From Lama guanicoe (Eukaryota), in NCBI GenBank assembly GCA_013239625.1, contig MU055600.1:12375010-12439009 (forward strand): a stretch of DNA of 64,000 bases. The letters run 5' to 3'. The notes beneath the pieces were generated by a model. That model was given only the letters and a program-made list of their open reading frames with translations, was not told the origin of the DNA and made no database searches. The position numbers were made by a program, and so were the translations under genes. Positions 1 through 13,500 of the stretch are shown here, in pieces. Every line of letters begins with the position of its first letter. Positions within the stretch are counted from its first letter, which is position 1.

Positions 1-3000
1 AAGAGGCTGCAGGATTGCCAGGGGGCTTCTGGTCTATTGCCTTTGTAGTTAAGTGGACATACACAATGTGTTCGGAATGTGAAAATTCATTAAATCTGCA
101 TATTTATCACTTACATACTTTCCTGCATGTTATACTTTGATAAAAAGTTACATTTTTAATCACTTAACTGTTAAAGCCATATATTAAGCTTCCACAAAAA
201 TTTATTTTGTGGGAAACAGGACTTCCCGAGAGTAATTTGAACTGTCTCCTGTTAGCTGGGACTGAATATATTAAAGTTTATTTCAGAATAGCTTTTCAGA
301 TAATTTAGTGATGATACTGTTTAATGATGCCCCAGAATAAAAAAGGAAACCATCTCGGTCAGAAATTCAATATATCAAGCTACAACTATACAATTCTTTG
401 GTCCTAAATTAAAAGTCAGCAGTTCGTCTAGATCTGGGTGCTGGGTACATGCTTGTGTTCAGTTTGACAAAGTGTGAGCTCTTTACTTATGTACTTTTCT
501 GTATGTTTATTATACTTAAACAAAAAAATATGAATCAGCATTTCAGTCCCACATCTTACTTATTTTGAACTACTTTGGCTAATCTATCCCTTTTGTAAGC
601 TTTCAAGCTATTTTAAATGGTTACGGAGAAGTCTCATCTCAATGAGTTAACATGAAACTTCTCCCTCCAGTCACTGCCCCTAGCCATATTATATACTCAG
701 TCTCCCTACCTATCCCTCCCTTAAGGTCATCTTACCAATTTTCACACTGTACAGACACTTAATAAAAACTCAGTTCATTTATGCTTTAATCACATTTCCA
801 TTTACAGCCGATTTCCTTCCTTCCTTCCTCACAGAGTTGAACAGATTATAGCTTAAAGGATTAGGGAGTGTGGAAAGGGCCCTCTAGGTGGCAGGCATCC
901 CTCTCATGAAGACTGTGTACATCCCCTCCACACGGCTGCTTGGGAAAGAGACCTAGCTCTGGCCTAACCTTCCAGCACCATCCCAACTCCTACCACCCCA
1001 CACACAACAAGGGCCTTCTTGGTGGGACACTAGCCCCAAAGCTCAGGCCTTATGTGACTTCCCCTGAACCACAGAAAGTCACAACTTCCCTGCATGTCAA
1101 CCGGTGGGCATTAAGACAGCTTCAGCTACTCTCCTCCTCTCCCTGCCTGGCATCACCTTCCAATTTCTCTTTCATCTCTACTCAGTCAAGGACAGAGAGC
1201 AAGTCTGCTGCCTAACAAGGGGCTCAACCTTGCCTTCTTTCTTGGAAGCATCATCAGTCTACACAAATGCTTCTCCTAGAAGACCTTGCCTAGCTTCACA
1301 GAGGAAGCAGCATCCCACCCTACTCTCCTACATGCTCCACTGAGTGGGGATGAAATCACATCAAATGCTACCCTCCAAAAGCAGTCTTCTTATACAGACC
1401 AGGGGAAGGCTGAGATCATGTTTGTGGTAGCAAGAACAGCTCTGTGGCCTCTTGGTAAGCCCTCAGTGAGCCCTCATTTTTGGGGACTGACATTGTACCA
1501 CGGTCACTTCACACTTCCTCATTCTCAGGGTTGGACTCCAAAGCCAATTTTAAAGCAAGAAAAAAATCTACTCAACATCCAGTTACACTGAAATAACTTT
1601 CTCTTCTTAAAGGCCTATTTCAAATGCTGCTTTATCCAAAAAGTGTTTCCTAGTTCCCTAACCAATACAGCCTCTCCCTCCTTTGACCTTGTCACAGCAC
1701 TTCTCCAATAACACCTTATCAACCAAGTGTGTAGTTCTGTTACTACTCTTACTGCAAACCATATGCAATGAAATTTTGTCACAGCTAACAAACAGCCTTG
1801 CAAATGACTTGACTCAAACATTTGTTCAAATGGAAAAAATAAGTGGTATGTAACTATTGCAAAGTCAGGTATACCTACATGAAACAAGTTTTGCAATTAA
1901 AAGTAATTGTCATCTATGCAAAATCCAAACAGCAATGTGAAACACTGTGCCAAAATACACCATTTTTAACAAGTTGTTATTATAAAACATGGATTTTGTT
2001 TTTGTTTTTGTTTTTTTACAGAAGAACTAGTGGGAAAAGTACCCAGAAAAAAAATCATCTCTAATGCCTTCACTGTTACATTTACATCTTGTTATTCCAG
2101 TCTTTCTCTTTGCATTTATACGTACCTAAGACCATATACTATTTTGTACTTTTTCATTTCGGTTTCTGTGATTGTCTATGTCATTACGTAGTCTCCTACA
2201 AACAGCACATTTAATAACTGCAGAACATTCCACTGTATGGTTACTTAAGCTTTTGTTCTCACCAAATTGTCCCTAGTTATGATGCTGCAACAATCTTGTT
2301 CTTAAGTTTTCATCATTCTGATTATCTTCTTAGGTAACAAAATTACTTTTGACCAGAAGCTACAAATTCAGGTTATTTCTTAAAGATCTTCATGGAAAAT
2401 ACATACCCAGGTTTACTTCCTCATTAACCACAAGGTGGGTTTTTTTGCGGAGGAGACCTGGGAAAGCTGCTCTCTGCCATAGGCCACGCAGTTCTCCGTT
2501 ACCACTTGGGACCAAGAGCCCATAGCCCTGAGCCAGTATTTCAGGTGGGGACAGGGAGATAGCTGGCCATATAGTGGGCGCTAGGTATGTGCACAGGGCC
2601 CAGAACACCTGCTACCTTGACCAGAATCTCTCCTACAATCCCTTGAAGTCCCTTCAAACTTCAGTACTGCTTCCTCATCTGAGCCCCAGGAGAAGAACCT
2701 TGAGAGGCATTTGGGGGTATGTACCATTCTGTCCTACAGGTGGAAAAACTACTAACTTTCTCAGTACCCGAGGTTAAACTTAGAACCCAGGTTCCCCTAT
2801 TCCTTCAAGGTACTCTTCCTATTGTACCTTTTGAATGTGTGCCCAAGAAGGCTCCGAAGAAGCCAAGAAGTCTATGCCTTGTAGTTTGGCTAGTCACTGA
2901 CCTGGGCAGAGTGCAATGGTAACACTTTCATAAGAGCCTGGCATCTTACCAGTGAGGCCATTGGGCTCCCTAGCCAACTCTAAACATACACTCCTCAAAG

Positions 3001-3837
3001 TTCCTCTCTTACTGACCATGGGTCCTTTCCCTTACTCAGGTCAACAACCTAGCGTAGCTGAAAAATAAACACCATAAAGTTTCCAGCATGTCTGAAGCAA
3101 CCCAGTGAGATTTAAGTCATTGATGCTTGTCATTCTTATTTGAATATAATTCATGCAATTTTCTCAAAAGAGAAAAACAACATGTATGTAGAACCAAACA
3201 GGTTCTCTTGAGTCTTTAATTCAGCATAAGCTAAAGAAGAATAAAGGTTAGCTCACGGCTTACTCAAATTACCAGAAAATAAATTATATGCATACTTTTT
3301 TGGAAGTTAAAAGAGACAAGATCCACCTGCAGCCCCCACCACCACAATCTCTCATTTCCTCTCTAGCACAATTTAATAAACAAATTCGACAATTCCACAG
3401 GTCAGTCTCCCGCCTTCTCTTAAACACTTAGCTACTTCATGTTCACATGTTCCTGCATTTCTGTGGGAATTATTTCCAAGGCCAGGCTAAATAATCAAAG
3501 AGTCCATAACTAAAACACAGCGATTACCAGTCCTTTTTCTGAGAATCTCTGTTGTTATCAAATATTTTCAAGGTCCATTTAAAAAATTAAAAACATGTTC
3601 ACTTTCATCTAAAATAATGCAAACAAAAAATATCCCATCAACATTCTTATAATATGGTGTGACTCCCACAAAAAGATTGTGAAACACTGTTAGGACATCC
3701 AAGCCTCCTTGTGAAGTATCATCCTCAGGAGATGCTGCCTTCTCCCTCCATTCTTCTGTGGACTAGCCTGAATATCATAAAAACCAAATGCTTGTTGACT
3801 TACACTCATGTCTAAAAGCAATTAAAATATTCAAGAG

Positions 3838-4070
3838 TTGCATTATCCACTACAGTAGCCACTAGTCATGTGGCTACTGAGCACCTGAAATGTAGCTAGT
3901 TCAAACTGAGCTGTGCTATAAATGTGAAAGTAGACATTGGATCTTGAAGTCTTAGTACTAACAAGACTATCTCATTAATAGTTTTTATATTGATTACACA
4001 TTGACATAATATTTTGCATATATTGGGTTAGATAAAATATACTTTTTAAAACTTTTTAAATGTAGCTAAA
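3838..4070. mobile_element. MER3/MER33-like hAT MITE
   Basis: GTAGCCACTAGTCATGTGGCTACTGAGCACCTGAAATGTAGCTAGT signature. Confidence 0.75.
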
Positions 4071-4347
4071 TGTGACTCTCTTTGTAATTGTACGTATAAA
4101 TAGTCCTGAAACCTTTGACCTATCCTTTTTCATCCAATCTTCTTGTAAATCACTATAAAATAGATCTCTGTATTATAGTCAAAGGCAGTCTTCACCCAGA
4201 AGGGGACCCAATCCACAGGCAAACTACAAAAGGGGCAAGTGTTGCCAGAGATTCAAGGTCATTCTTCAGAGGCTTCACAAGGAAGCTGCCTAGAAACAGC
4301 TCTGTATATACATGCCTAGTACATCCAAGTTTTCAAATCTAAATCAC

Positions 4348-4522
4348 CTGGCAAATGGTCATGAATTCCTCGATTTATGGGTGTAGTGCAGACTCTACTG
4401 AAATCCAGAGAATTATCCAACATGGCATTTATCCTTCGAAAGATATTGGCATTGCTACATGTGGAGAGTGCAGGTGCTTCCTGGTTGTCCCAGCAATCTT
4501 TTATCCTTCCCGCCTCTTCTTC
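4348..4522 (-). CDS. CPEB1: CPEB1 exon 2 (175 nt)
   Basis: TTTTCTCTGTGTCTAG|GAAGAAGAG...TTGCCAG|GTGATT. Confidence 0.96.
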
Positions 4523-7500
4523 CTAGACACAGAGAAAAGGTATTTAGGTTTTCTACTCTCCTTTATGACAGAGACTTCACACCTTCTTTCTTCTAACCCA
4601 CCACGATGAGTCAGATAAAGCAACAAGGGCTTGGGTTTCTTGCCTATATATTAAAATACTTTTGAGTGCTCACTGTGAACAAGATGCCCTGAGAGAACTG
4701 TAAGAGGGAAAAACACCAAATGTAAGGTGCTGCCTCAAGAACCATCTAACGTAGTGGGATGTGTCCAGGAAGAACGGCATGGGAGCAGCAGCATGAGCCT
4801 CAGAACCAGACATACCTGATACCTGGTTCAAGTCTTGGGGTTTATCTATACAATAGATTATTTCACAATAAAAAAGAATGAAGCACTGATACATATTACA
4901 ATATGGGTAAATCTTAAAAACACTAAGTGAAAGAAGCCAGTCATAAAAGACCACAGATTATATGAGCCCATTTATATGAAATGTCCAGAACAGGGAAATC
5001 TAAAGCAGATTAACTGCCTTCAGCTGGAGAGGTGGGGAGGAGGCTAGAGGCTGGTGTCTAGCGGGTACAAGGTTTCTTTTTGAGATGATGAAAATATTCT
5101 AAAATAAGATTATGGTGATGATTACAAAATTACAAATATGCTAGAAATCAATGAACTGTACACTGAAATGTGAACTTTATGGTTATGTATATCTCAATAC
5201 AGTTGTTTAAAAAGTTTGATTCTGTCATTTATGAGCAGTTATTAACCTCTATGCCTCTGTGAAATGGGAAAGGAGTACCCACCAACCTTGTGATAAGGTG
5301 TATACAGCATTTAGCATGGTGCTGGCATGTAGGAGCTGCTAGTTTTTACACCTGAAGATATAATTACAGGAAAAGACTCGGTAAGGACCAAGAGTGGTAC
5401 AATCACCACCCAAAGGGAACTGTTTAGTTATACAACTCTATGTGGTGACTAAAAGCACACACAATTCGTGTAAAACATTACTGAATGAAAAAAGCACTCC
5501 CAGATACATAAACATGAACTGAACCCCCGCTCACACACAGCTGATTCTTTTGGTATTCTCCATCTCAGTAAATACAACCACCTTCCTCCAGGCACCCTAG
5601 AAAGAAACCGAGGTATCATTCTTCACTCTCCAGTCTCCCATATCACCACATCCGATGCCTGACATCTAAGCAATGAAACACTGGCTGACGGACTGAATCT
5701 TCTAATGGGAGTCTGAATCATCCGTTCTGTGATTCCCAATTACCTTGGGGAAAATAAAAAAAGTAAGGAAACTAGTACCTAAGATCTCATAGCTGACTAC
5801 CTCAAAACACAACCCAAAAAAGCCTGGTGTTATTTTGTTTAGACTATTAAAGTCTAGGTATAAGCATGAGAATGACCAGAAACATCTATAACTTTGTAAA
5901 CTCTGCAGGATGGCCTTAAAGGGACAAACTTGAGTCCCATATCATTTTCAAGCTCTTGAAAAGACTGGTATCCTCTGCAAACTATGAGGATGACCAGAAT
6001 ACAAAGACCTGCAAGGTTGTTTTCCCAAGCTTTCCAGAGAGATGCCACTGACAATGGATAAATCTACTGACACAAGCCCCTTTTCACAACTGTAGATTTC
6101 TAAGATGATTCTCAGCTTCAATAAGGCAACTTTACAAAGGCTAAAATATAAGCATTCACAATCAATCTGAAGACCTTAAGGTGACATGCTTCATTCCTTC
6201 ACTGCCTAATCCGCCTGGTAACATTAACCAACTGCCCGCTACCTACAGCTGCATTCTAAGGGTAGGCAGATTAGCCAAAAAAAATTTTAAGTCTAGAAAG
6301 GGAACTAAACCTGATTATGTCGTGAACAACCACAACACAAGCTACAATGTGCTGTAAACATACACTGTCCTCTAAGCCGAGGGGACTCAGAGGAACAGAA
6401 TGTATCTGGAAGTGAGGGTAAGAGGGAGGTCTGAGGAACAGAGAACAGAGCAACATTAACAAAAGAGGTCCAGTGTGGTGGAGCATTAGGTATGGAGAAG
6501 AAAGTGGACTAGAAAGAGGACCTCATATGCCAGGTTAAGAAGTTAAAATTATCTTCTACATCAAAAGTCTCCGCACTTTAAAAGTCCCCTCTTAATATAT
6601 AAAAATTAACCTGATTTTTATTTACTATGATTACCAGATCCTGGCCACACTTAATGGCAAGTAAATGGTAACCATATGTGACTCTTAGAAGGAAACCATG
6701 AGCAATTACATGAAAGACAGGAGGCAGGAGAACCAGTGATGAAAGTGTTACAGTAGTCCACAGGAAAGATGCTGATCTGAAGATTTTCGGGGAGAAACGT
6801 GCTCCCCCACCCCTGCCTCCGGCCCCACCACCACCAGGAGAGCGGAAGGTCTAAGATTCTTACCATCTCAATAGCCTGAAAAAAAATCTAATAATACTCC
6901 TGGCGCGGGAAGGGTATAGCTCAAGTGGTAAAGCACATGCTTAGCATGCATGAGGTCATGGGTTCAATCCCCAGTACATCCTCTAAGAATAAATAAATAC
7001 TAAATAAACCTAACTGCCTCCCCACCAAAACAAAATTTAAAAATAAAGCACACAAGAATATGCCTGGCCAACTCTGCCCCATTCCCAGAAGGAACATACA
7101 CCAAAACCTCCAAACTTGAGGGAAATGACATATGGAATGCCTCCCTCCATCCCTTTAAGTACACCAAATGAGAGATCTACAAGACTTTATATAATTAGTA
7201 AAAGTAAAAATATAATTTTAAAAAGTAAAAATATAATTTAAAAAAGTAAATACCCCAAAATTGCTTAATCAGATCAGTAAGAACCAACAGTTTGCCTCGA
7301 GTAACCAATTTAGAAGGAGAAAAAAAGACCAAAGCCAGCAATGTCTGATGGGGAAGAGATCTACCACTTTCTTTATGTGGACAATAGGGATAAAAGTAAT
7401 ACTACTATTTCATAGGGCTTTTTGTGAATGAATACACATCATGTGCTTGCAGAGTACCTGGTACGTAATCATGTACTGAACAAATCAATGTCAGCTATCA

Positions 7501-10500
7501 GTAGTATTTTTACTATTACACCAAGGGGTCAGAAACCACCACAGGGATCCTTGAAGAAATACAATCTACTTGCTCTTTAAAGGAGAAAAATGAACTAAAA
7601 ACCCAGGCCAACTATTCCTTTGAATACCCCAGGCCCTTCCATGCCTAGTCTTCCTAATCATTTCATTTAAAAAGCTCAATTACAAGACTAAAGACATGAT
7701 AAAAATCAAACTACCTAAAACCTGAACCTACTCTAGAACATAGTTACCTTTTTAAAAATTCTCCAGTTAGGTAAAGGCATAGTTTCTCATTTTTGAAACA
7801 GAAACCTTCTATCTACACCATTACTTTGTATATTCTAACTCCAATCAATTTATAGGCCTGAGTTTTATGAACTCATGTTTCACCATGACAAAAAATAGGT
7901 TTTTTTCCTTGGCTATGCTATTATTGCTTATAGCGTTCACTGTTATTTTCTGGCATATCTTGCTATAAAGTGAGATCATGTGCAGCTTTTTTGACCTTTA
8001 TTTGGTCTTTCACTATGGATAGGACAGCAGGCTTTAGAGATTAGAAACATATAAGAGAACACAAACCTCGGTACTATTGAAAATCATGGATCAAAAGGAA
8101 GAATTACCTGGCAGTGCTAGAAAAGAAGAACAGTAATTCTTACCATTACTAGATAAAAATGGCCTCAAGATGAAACCAGTTATACATATACCTACTTATT
8201 ATCAGAAAGAATGGTTCACTAGGAATTTCTGTTAATATACGCTATTTTATAGCAAATCACAATTTTGTGCTCTTTCACAGGCATTGACACTCCCATTATG
8301 AAACAGTAGTTTTCTACAGCAATAATCCTTAACTGGAAAGGGCATGGGGGGGACTACAATCAGAAAAAAAGCATTTCCCTTTTCCACAGGGAAGAATCCT
8401 CCCCCAAAACTTCATTGTTTTGAAAAGTAAAAAGAAAAGCTTTGGAGTACAAATACCAAGTTTACCACTTAGTATCTTCTGTGAGCCCTGGATGCCTCAG
8501 GTACAAAACGGAGTACAGCACCTACTTTGTAGGCTTTGTGGTTATGAGAATTCTATAAAGTGCCTGGATATGCTCAGTACCTTATTACTGACAAATGTCC
8601 CCCAATTTCATCACTGTCACTCAGAAGTATATTTTCTACTTAGTTCATTCCAGGCAAGTTCATTATACTCAAAATCTGAAAAGAAACAAAAACGAATGCC
8701 TGCTGTGTTAGGGGTCCCCAAGACCACCCCCCGGTTCCATGATTCACTAGGATGACTCATAGAACTCAGCATATAGGTATACTCAGCATATATGGCTAAG
8801 ATTTATGACAGTCAGAAAATACAAAGCAAAGCCAGCAAAGGTGAAAAGATGCCTAGGGGAAACCAGGTGCAAGTTTCCAAGGGTCCTCCTCCCAGGGGAG
8901 TCACACACAACATACTTAATTCCCACAGCAACAAACTGTGACATGTGTGAAATGTTGCCCACAAAGAAAGCTTGGCACCCAGGGATTTTACTGAGGGCTG
9001 GTCACACAGGCAGCCTCTGTCTGGAATATACCAAAATTTCAGACTCCAAGAGGAAAGCAAAGGTTTAGCATAAACCATACTGTTTGTGCAGTTTAAGTAT
9101 AGTAAGTCACTCTTACCAGTTCTGGGAATGGTGGGAACTCAAAATCCAAGTTCCCAAACACTAGTCAAAGGACAGCAGTTAGGTTTGCTATGTTAACTCA
9201 TTTTTTTGCACACCCATAAGCGTTAAGTATGGATAAACTGTTCACATCTATAACATCTGTAAGATGGATATTCACATCTCTAATGTAGTACTATACAGAA
9301 AAAAAAACCTTCTGTACTACAACTTATAGAAACCTCAGATACTAAATTAAATGAACAACAGGCCAAACTCAAGAGTACACACTACATGATTCACAAGAAG
9401 TTCAAAAACAGGCAAAACCAACTGATGACAACAGATGGCAGAAGAGTAGTAACTCTGGGGTGGGGGGGCAGTGGATACAAAGTGGAAAGGGCACAACGGA
9501 ACCTTACAGAGTATTGGAAATGTTCTGTATCTTGATCTGCATGATGTATAAAAATAATACATAAATATGTAAAAATTGATCAAGTTATACACTAATATCT
9601 ACTGCCTTTTACTGCATGTATGTTATTCCTCAATTTTAAAAAAGTTCAAGGAATAGACCAGTAGGGCTTAAACTTGGCCACTAAGCTCAAGTCAGACCAT
9701 GATGGGCCTTGAATGCTAACTAAGGAGTCTGGCCTTACTCTGTGGCAGGGGTTCTCAAAGCGAAGGCTGTGGACCTGCCCTTTCAGAGGTCCACAAAGTC
9801 AAAACTATTTTCATAATTCTAAGATATCACTTTCTTCTTTCACTATGTTGACATTTGCACTGATGGTACAAAAACAATGGGAGTGCGTAAAACTGACACC
9901 TCAGCGGCAATCAAGGCACTGCCAGTAAACTGCAGCAGTAGTTACTGTATTCTTTACACTATGAATTCCCAGAAAAAGCCAGACTTACAAGTTTTCTCGG
10001 GTAAGCAGTAAAAATTTTATTAAATCTCAGCCTTTGAGTACATGCCTTTAATATTCTGTGAGACAAATGAACACAGTTTACGTGTAAAGCCCATTTGCTT
10101 CATACCAAAGTACAATGATGATCTCAATAAAAAGTATTTATGTGCTTGAGTTTCAAGAAGTAGCCTCTTTTTTTATTTTTCAAATGAAACATCTTTTCTA
10201 CTTGAAAAACCAACTGACATTCTATGGTTATCAACTTTGGGTATTTTGCAAACATTATCTTGAAAACAAAGTAAGCGAGTCACTTCAAAAAACAAATAAA
10301 TATCAGTACTTGTTGCTAATGATAAAAATTTGAGCTTTGAAGAAAAAATATGAATTCTGGAAAAACCCTTATCTGCCACCACTTGAACCTGACACCTTCC
10401 TCAACACCTTAAAAGATTTTTCTGATAAGACTGGTGATGCTATTAACCAGTGGTCAACATCTGCAATATTGCATAACTCAATGAACTATTTATCAAATGA

Positions 10501-13500
10501 TTAAAATATGTTACAAGATCAGGCATAGGTCGATGACTCATCCAAAGTGCAAGACAGACCAGTGCATTAGATTAATACAACAGTGCACGAAGAGTACATG
10601 GCTTCACACTACCTGTTGCAATTAGAGCTGTATCCCCAGGTTCCTCATCTGCAGATTCAATCAACCACAGAGTAAAAATGTTAGAGGAAAAATTCCAGAA
10701 AGTTCCAAAAATCAAAAGTTGATTTTGCCATGCACTGGCAACTATTTTAAATGGCACTTGCAGCGTATTTACAACTATTTACATAGTATAAGTAATCTAG
10801 AAATGACAATGTATATGGGAAGATACAGGTTATATGTAAATATGGTGTCATTTTATATACGGAACTGGAACATGACTGGATTTTGGTACCCATTGGCGGG
10901 GGTGGTCCTGAAACCAATCCCCCATGGATACTGAGGGAAAAACTTTAACCTTTAGAAAGTTACCACATGAGTTTTGGTGTAGTACCAAAGAGGAATAGTC
11001 ACAGTTATCTGAAAAGGTTATTAAAATACTCCTCCTCTCCCTACTACGTATCTGTGTGAAACAAAATTTTCCTCACATACATCAACCAAAACAACACATG
11101 GCAACAGAGTAAATACAAAAACAGACAACAAAATCCAGTTTTCTTCTATTAAATCAGCTACTAAAGAGATCAGCAAAAATGTAAAATGCTCACTCTTCTC
11201 ATTTTTTTGTTTGTTCTGGAAAATATAATTGTATTAATATGTCATGAATTTATTTTTTTGGAACTAATAAATAAATTTACTTTTTTCAGTTTTAATTCCT
11301 AATGGGTAAAAATTGATGGATGTGATCCACATGCACAAAAGCTCTTGACGGCCTCAAAATTTTAAGAGTATAAAGAAATCCTGAGATGGCAGTGTTTGAG
11401 AACCACCACTTATGGATTAGGTAATCAAATTTGCACTTTCCAAAGATCTTATAGGAACATCCAGGAAAGAATGCAAACATCCTGAAAGGCTCAAGAAACG
11501 TCTGTAAGATTTGATCGGGAAAAATGAACTTGGTAAAAAGAGTTCCAGAACAGAAAGTGTGAGGGAAGAGGATCTTATGATATCAGATCTCAAGGATTTA
11601 ACTGATGAGGAAAGGGTGAGGCAGTAAAGATAGAGAGGTTACTCTGTACAAAAGCTTGACAGGGAAGCTAAGGAAAGCCAGGGAGGCTGGTTGCTGGAGG
11701 GGATGGTCGTATTAGGAAAGGTCTAAACATGGAAGAGAGATGATCATGTTTACAGAGGTGAAAGATGTAGCAGAGATAACTGACCAAGAGGTCCTGAGGG
11801 TATGAGAGAAGATGGACTCCAAGACACAAAACTGCTCTTTGAGTAGGGAGGAGGACACTCTTCAACAACTGCAGAAAAGGGATAGTAGTGGAAGCTAAGT
11901 CCAACTGGAGAGGGCAAGAATAGGGCCCATATGACCAACTGTCCAAGTTGGTCTGTTCCTCACAAGAATTTATGAGCTTACCTCGTCTCAATATAAAGAA
12001 AAAGACATGCTTAGCAAAACTGAGAATCTTTCTCCAAATCAATCAGCTTAATAGAGCACTAGCACTCAAATCAGGATCCCAGATTCCAAACCTATTCTTC
12101 CTCCTGCATCAAAGCAGCCTGAGAAACAGGAGAGGAGGGGAGGTGAGACCAGGTCAGGGAACTTCTCTGTGGCGACTGAAGCTGTATGGGGAGTCTCTTA
12201 CAAGGGCAGGAAAATACTGTTCTCTGTGCTTCACCTGAAACATTTGGAAGCTTTATCATTAAGAGGTCCTCCCAAACTGAGGCAGGGCAATATGACAAGG
12301 AAAAGCGGCAGATGGAGCTGGCATAACCTCCTGACTGGCAGAGGCAAATTCAGCCTCTTCAAGTCCAAAAACCCAAGGGAAGTTTGAGTTTCATTTTAAA
12401 ACTCCTGTATTTAATCAGTAACACCTCACTAGTTACTCCTATGGTGGTGATCTGGGCGGGGGTGTTAGAAAAGATACGGGAAAAGGCCCTCTCACCTAGT
12501 GCTCACCACTCAGCTTAGAAGATACAATTACCCATTAAGACCCAAGGATCAAAGGTCTGAGGGAATCTGTCTGGGGAGCAGTAAGACCATTAGTATGGCG
12601 GAGCTCCACACAGAGACACAGGTGTGAAAAGGCAGGAATAACTAAGAAGGAAGGTGAAACAAGTAGACCGAAAATACTCATCCAAGGCAGACGTGAATTT
12701 GTTGTAGCAATGGGAATGGAGAAGGAATGGAAGGATACAGTGGCCAAGGGAGACAAAGAGCTAGACAGCATCAAGGTTCTATCGTTACAGAAACTGGGAA
12801 GAGGTTTCCAAAGGAAAGCTACAAGTATGTATTTACCTAGCATCCTTCTGTACTGGGGAATTTAGTGGCTAAAAAAATTTTTAAAACAAAAAAATACACC
12901 CGAACACAGTTTTTTCCCCCCAAGAGAAAAAAACAGACTAGTAATTGGGTGGAGGGGATAGAATTAGATTAGCCTCAGGAGATGAAGAAAAGAAGAAATT
13001 GGTTGTTTTGAGATCTTCTGGGTTTAATATGCCTCAGACAGACACATTTATTCAGTAGGCTAATGAGAACTACGGGTCTTGAGAACGACCAGGGCTAAAA
13101 CGCTCAACCTAAAACTTGACCACACAGAGGGAGAACTGGTGCTAGAGGAATACATAAGCCCTCTGTATAAGGGAACAAGGATGAGCCGACAAAATGAACC
13201 AGAGGGAACACAGCACTCAGGGGGAGGAGGAGGAAGCCTGTAAGTGCCAGGACAAGAAAAGATCTATCAGACAGACAAAGAAAAACTAGGAAACCATAGA
13301 GTCTTATGAACCACTGGGAAATTTTAAATACAATGAGATAATCAGAGACCAGCATAGCAGAGGGCAAGGTGCAGGAATTCTAGAAATAACACTAGTCCGG
13401 AAATAAAAAGACCTGCGTTTCAATTTGGCTCTATCATCCTCTCACTGTATAAACAACCACTTTTCCTTCTACGCTTAATTCTCCTTGTCTGTGAAAATGG

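Noticed and set aside
6905-6985. tRNA-like sequence
   Set aside because: Followed by an A-rich tail and flanked by a TSD, so it is a SINE head rather than a tRNA gene.
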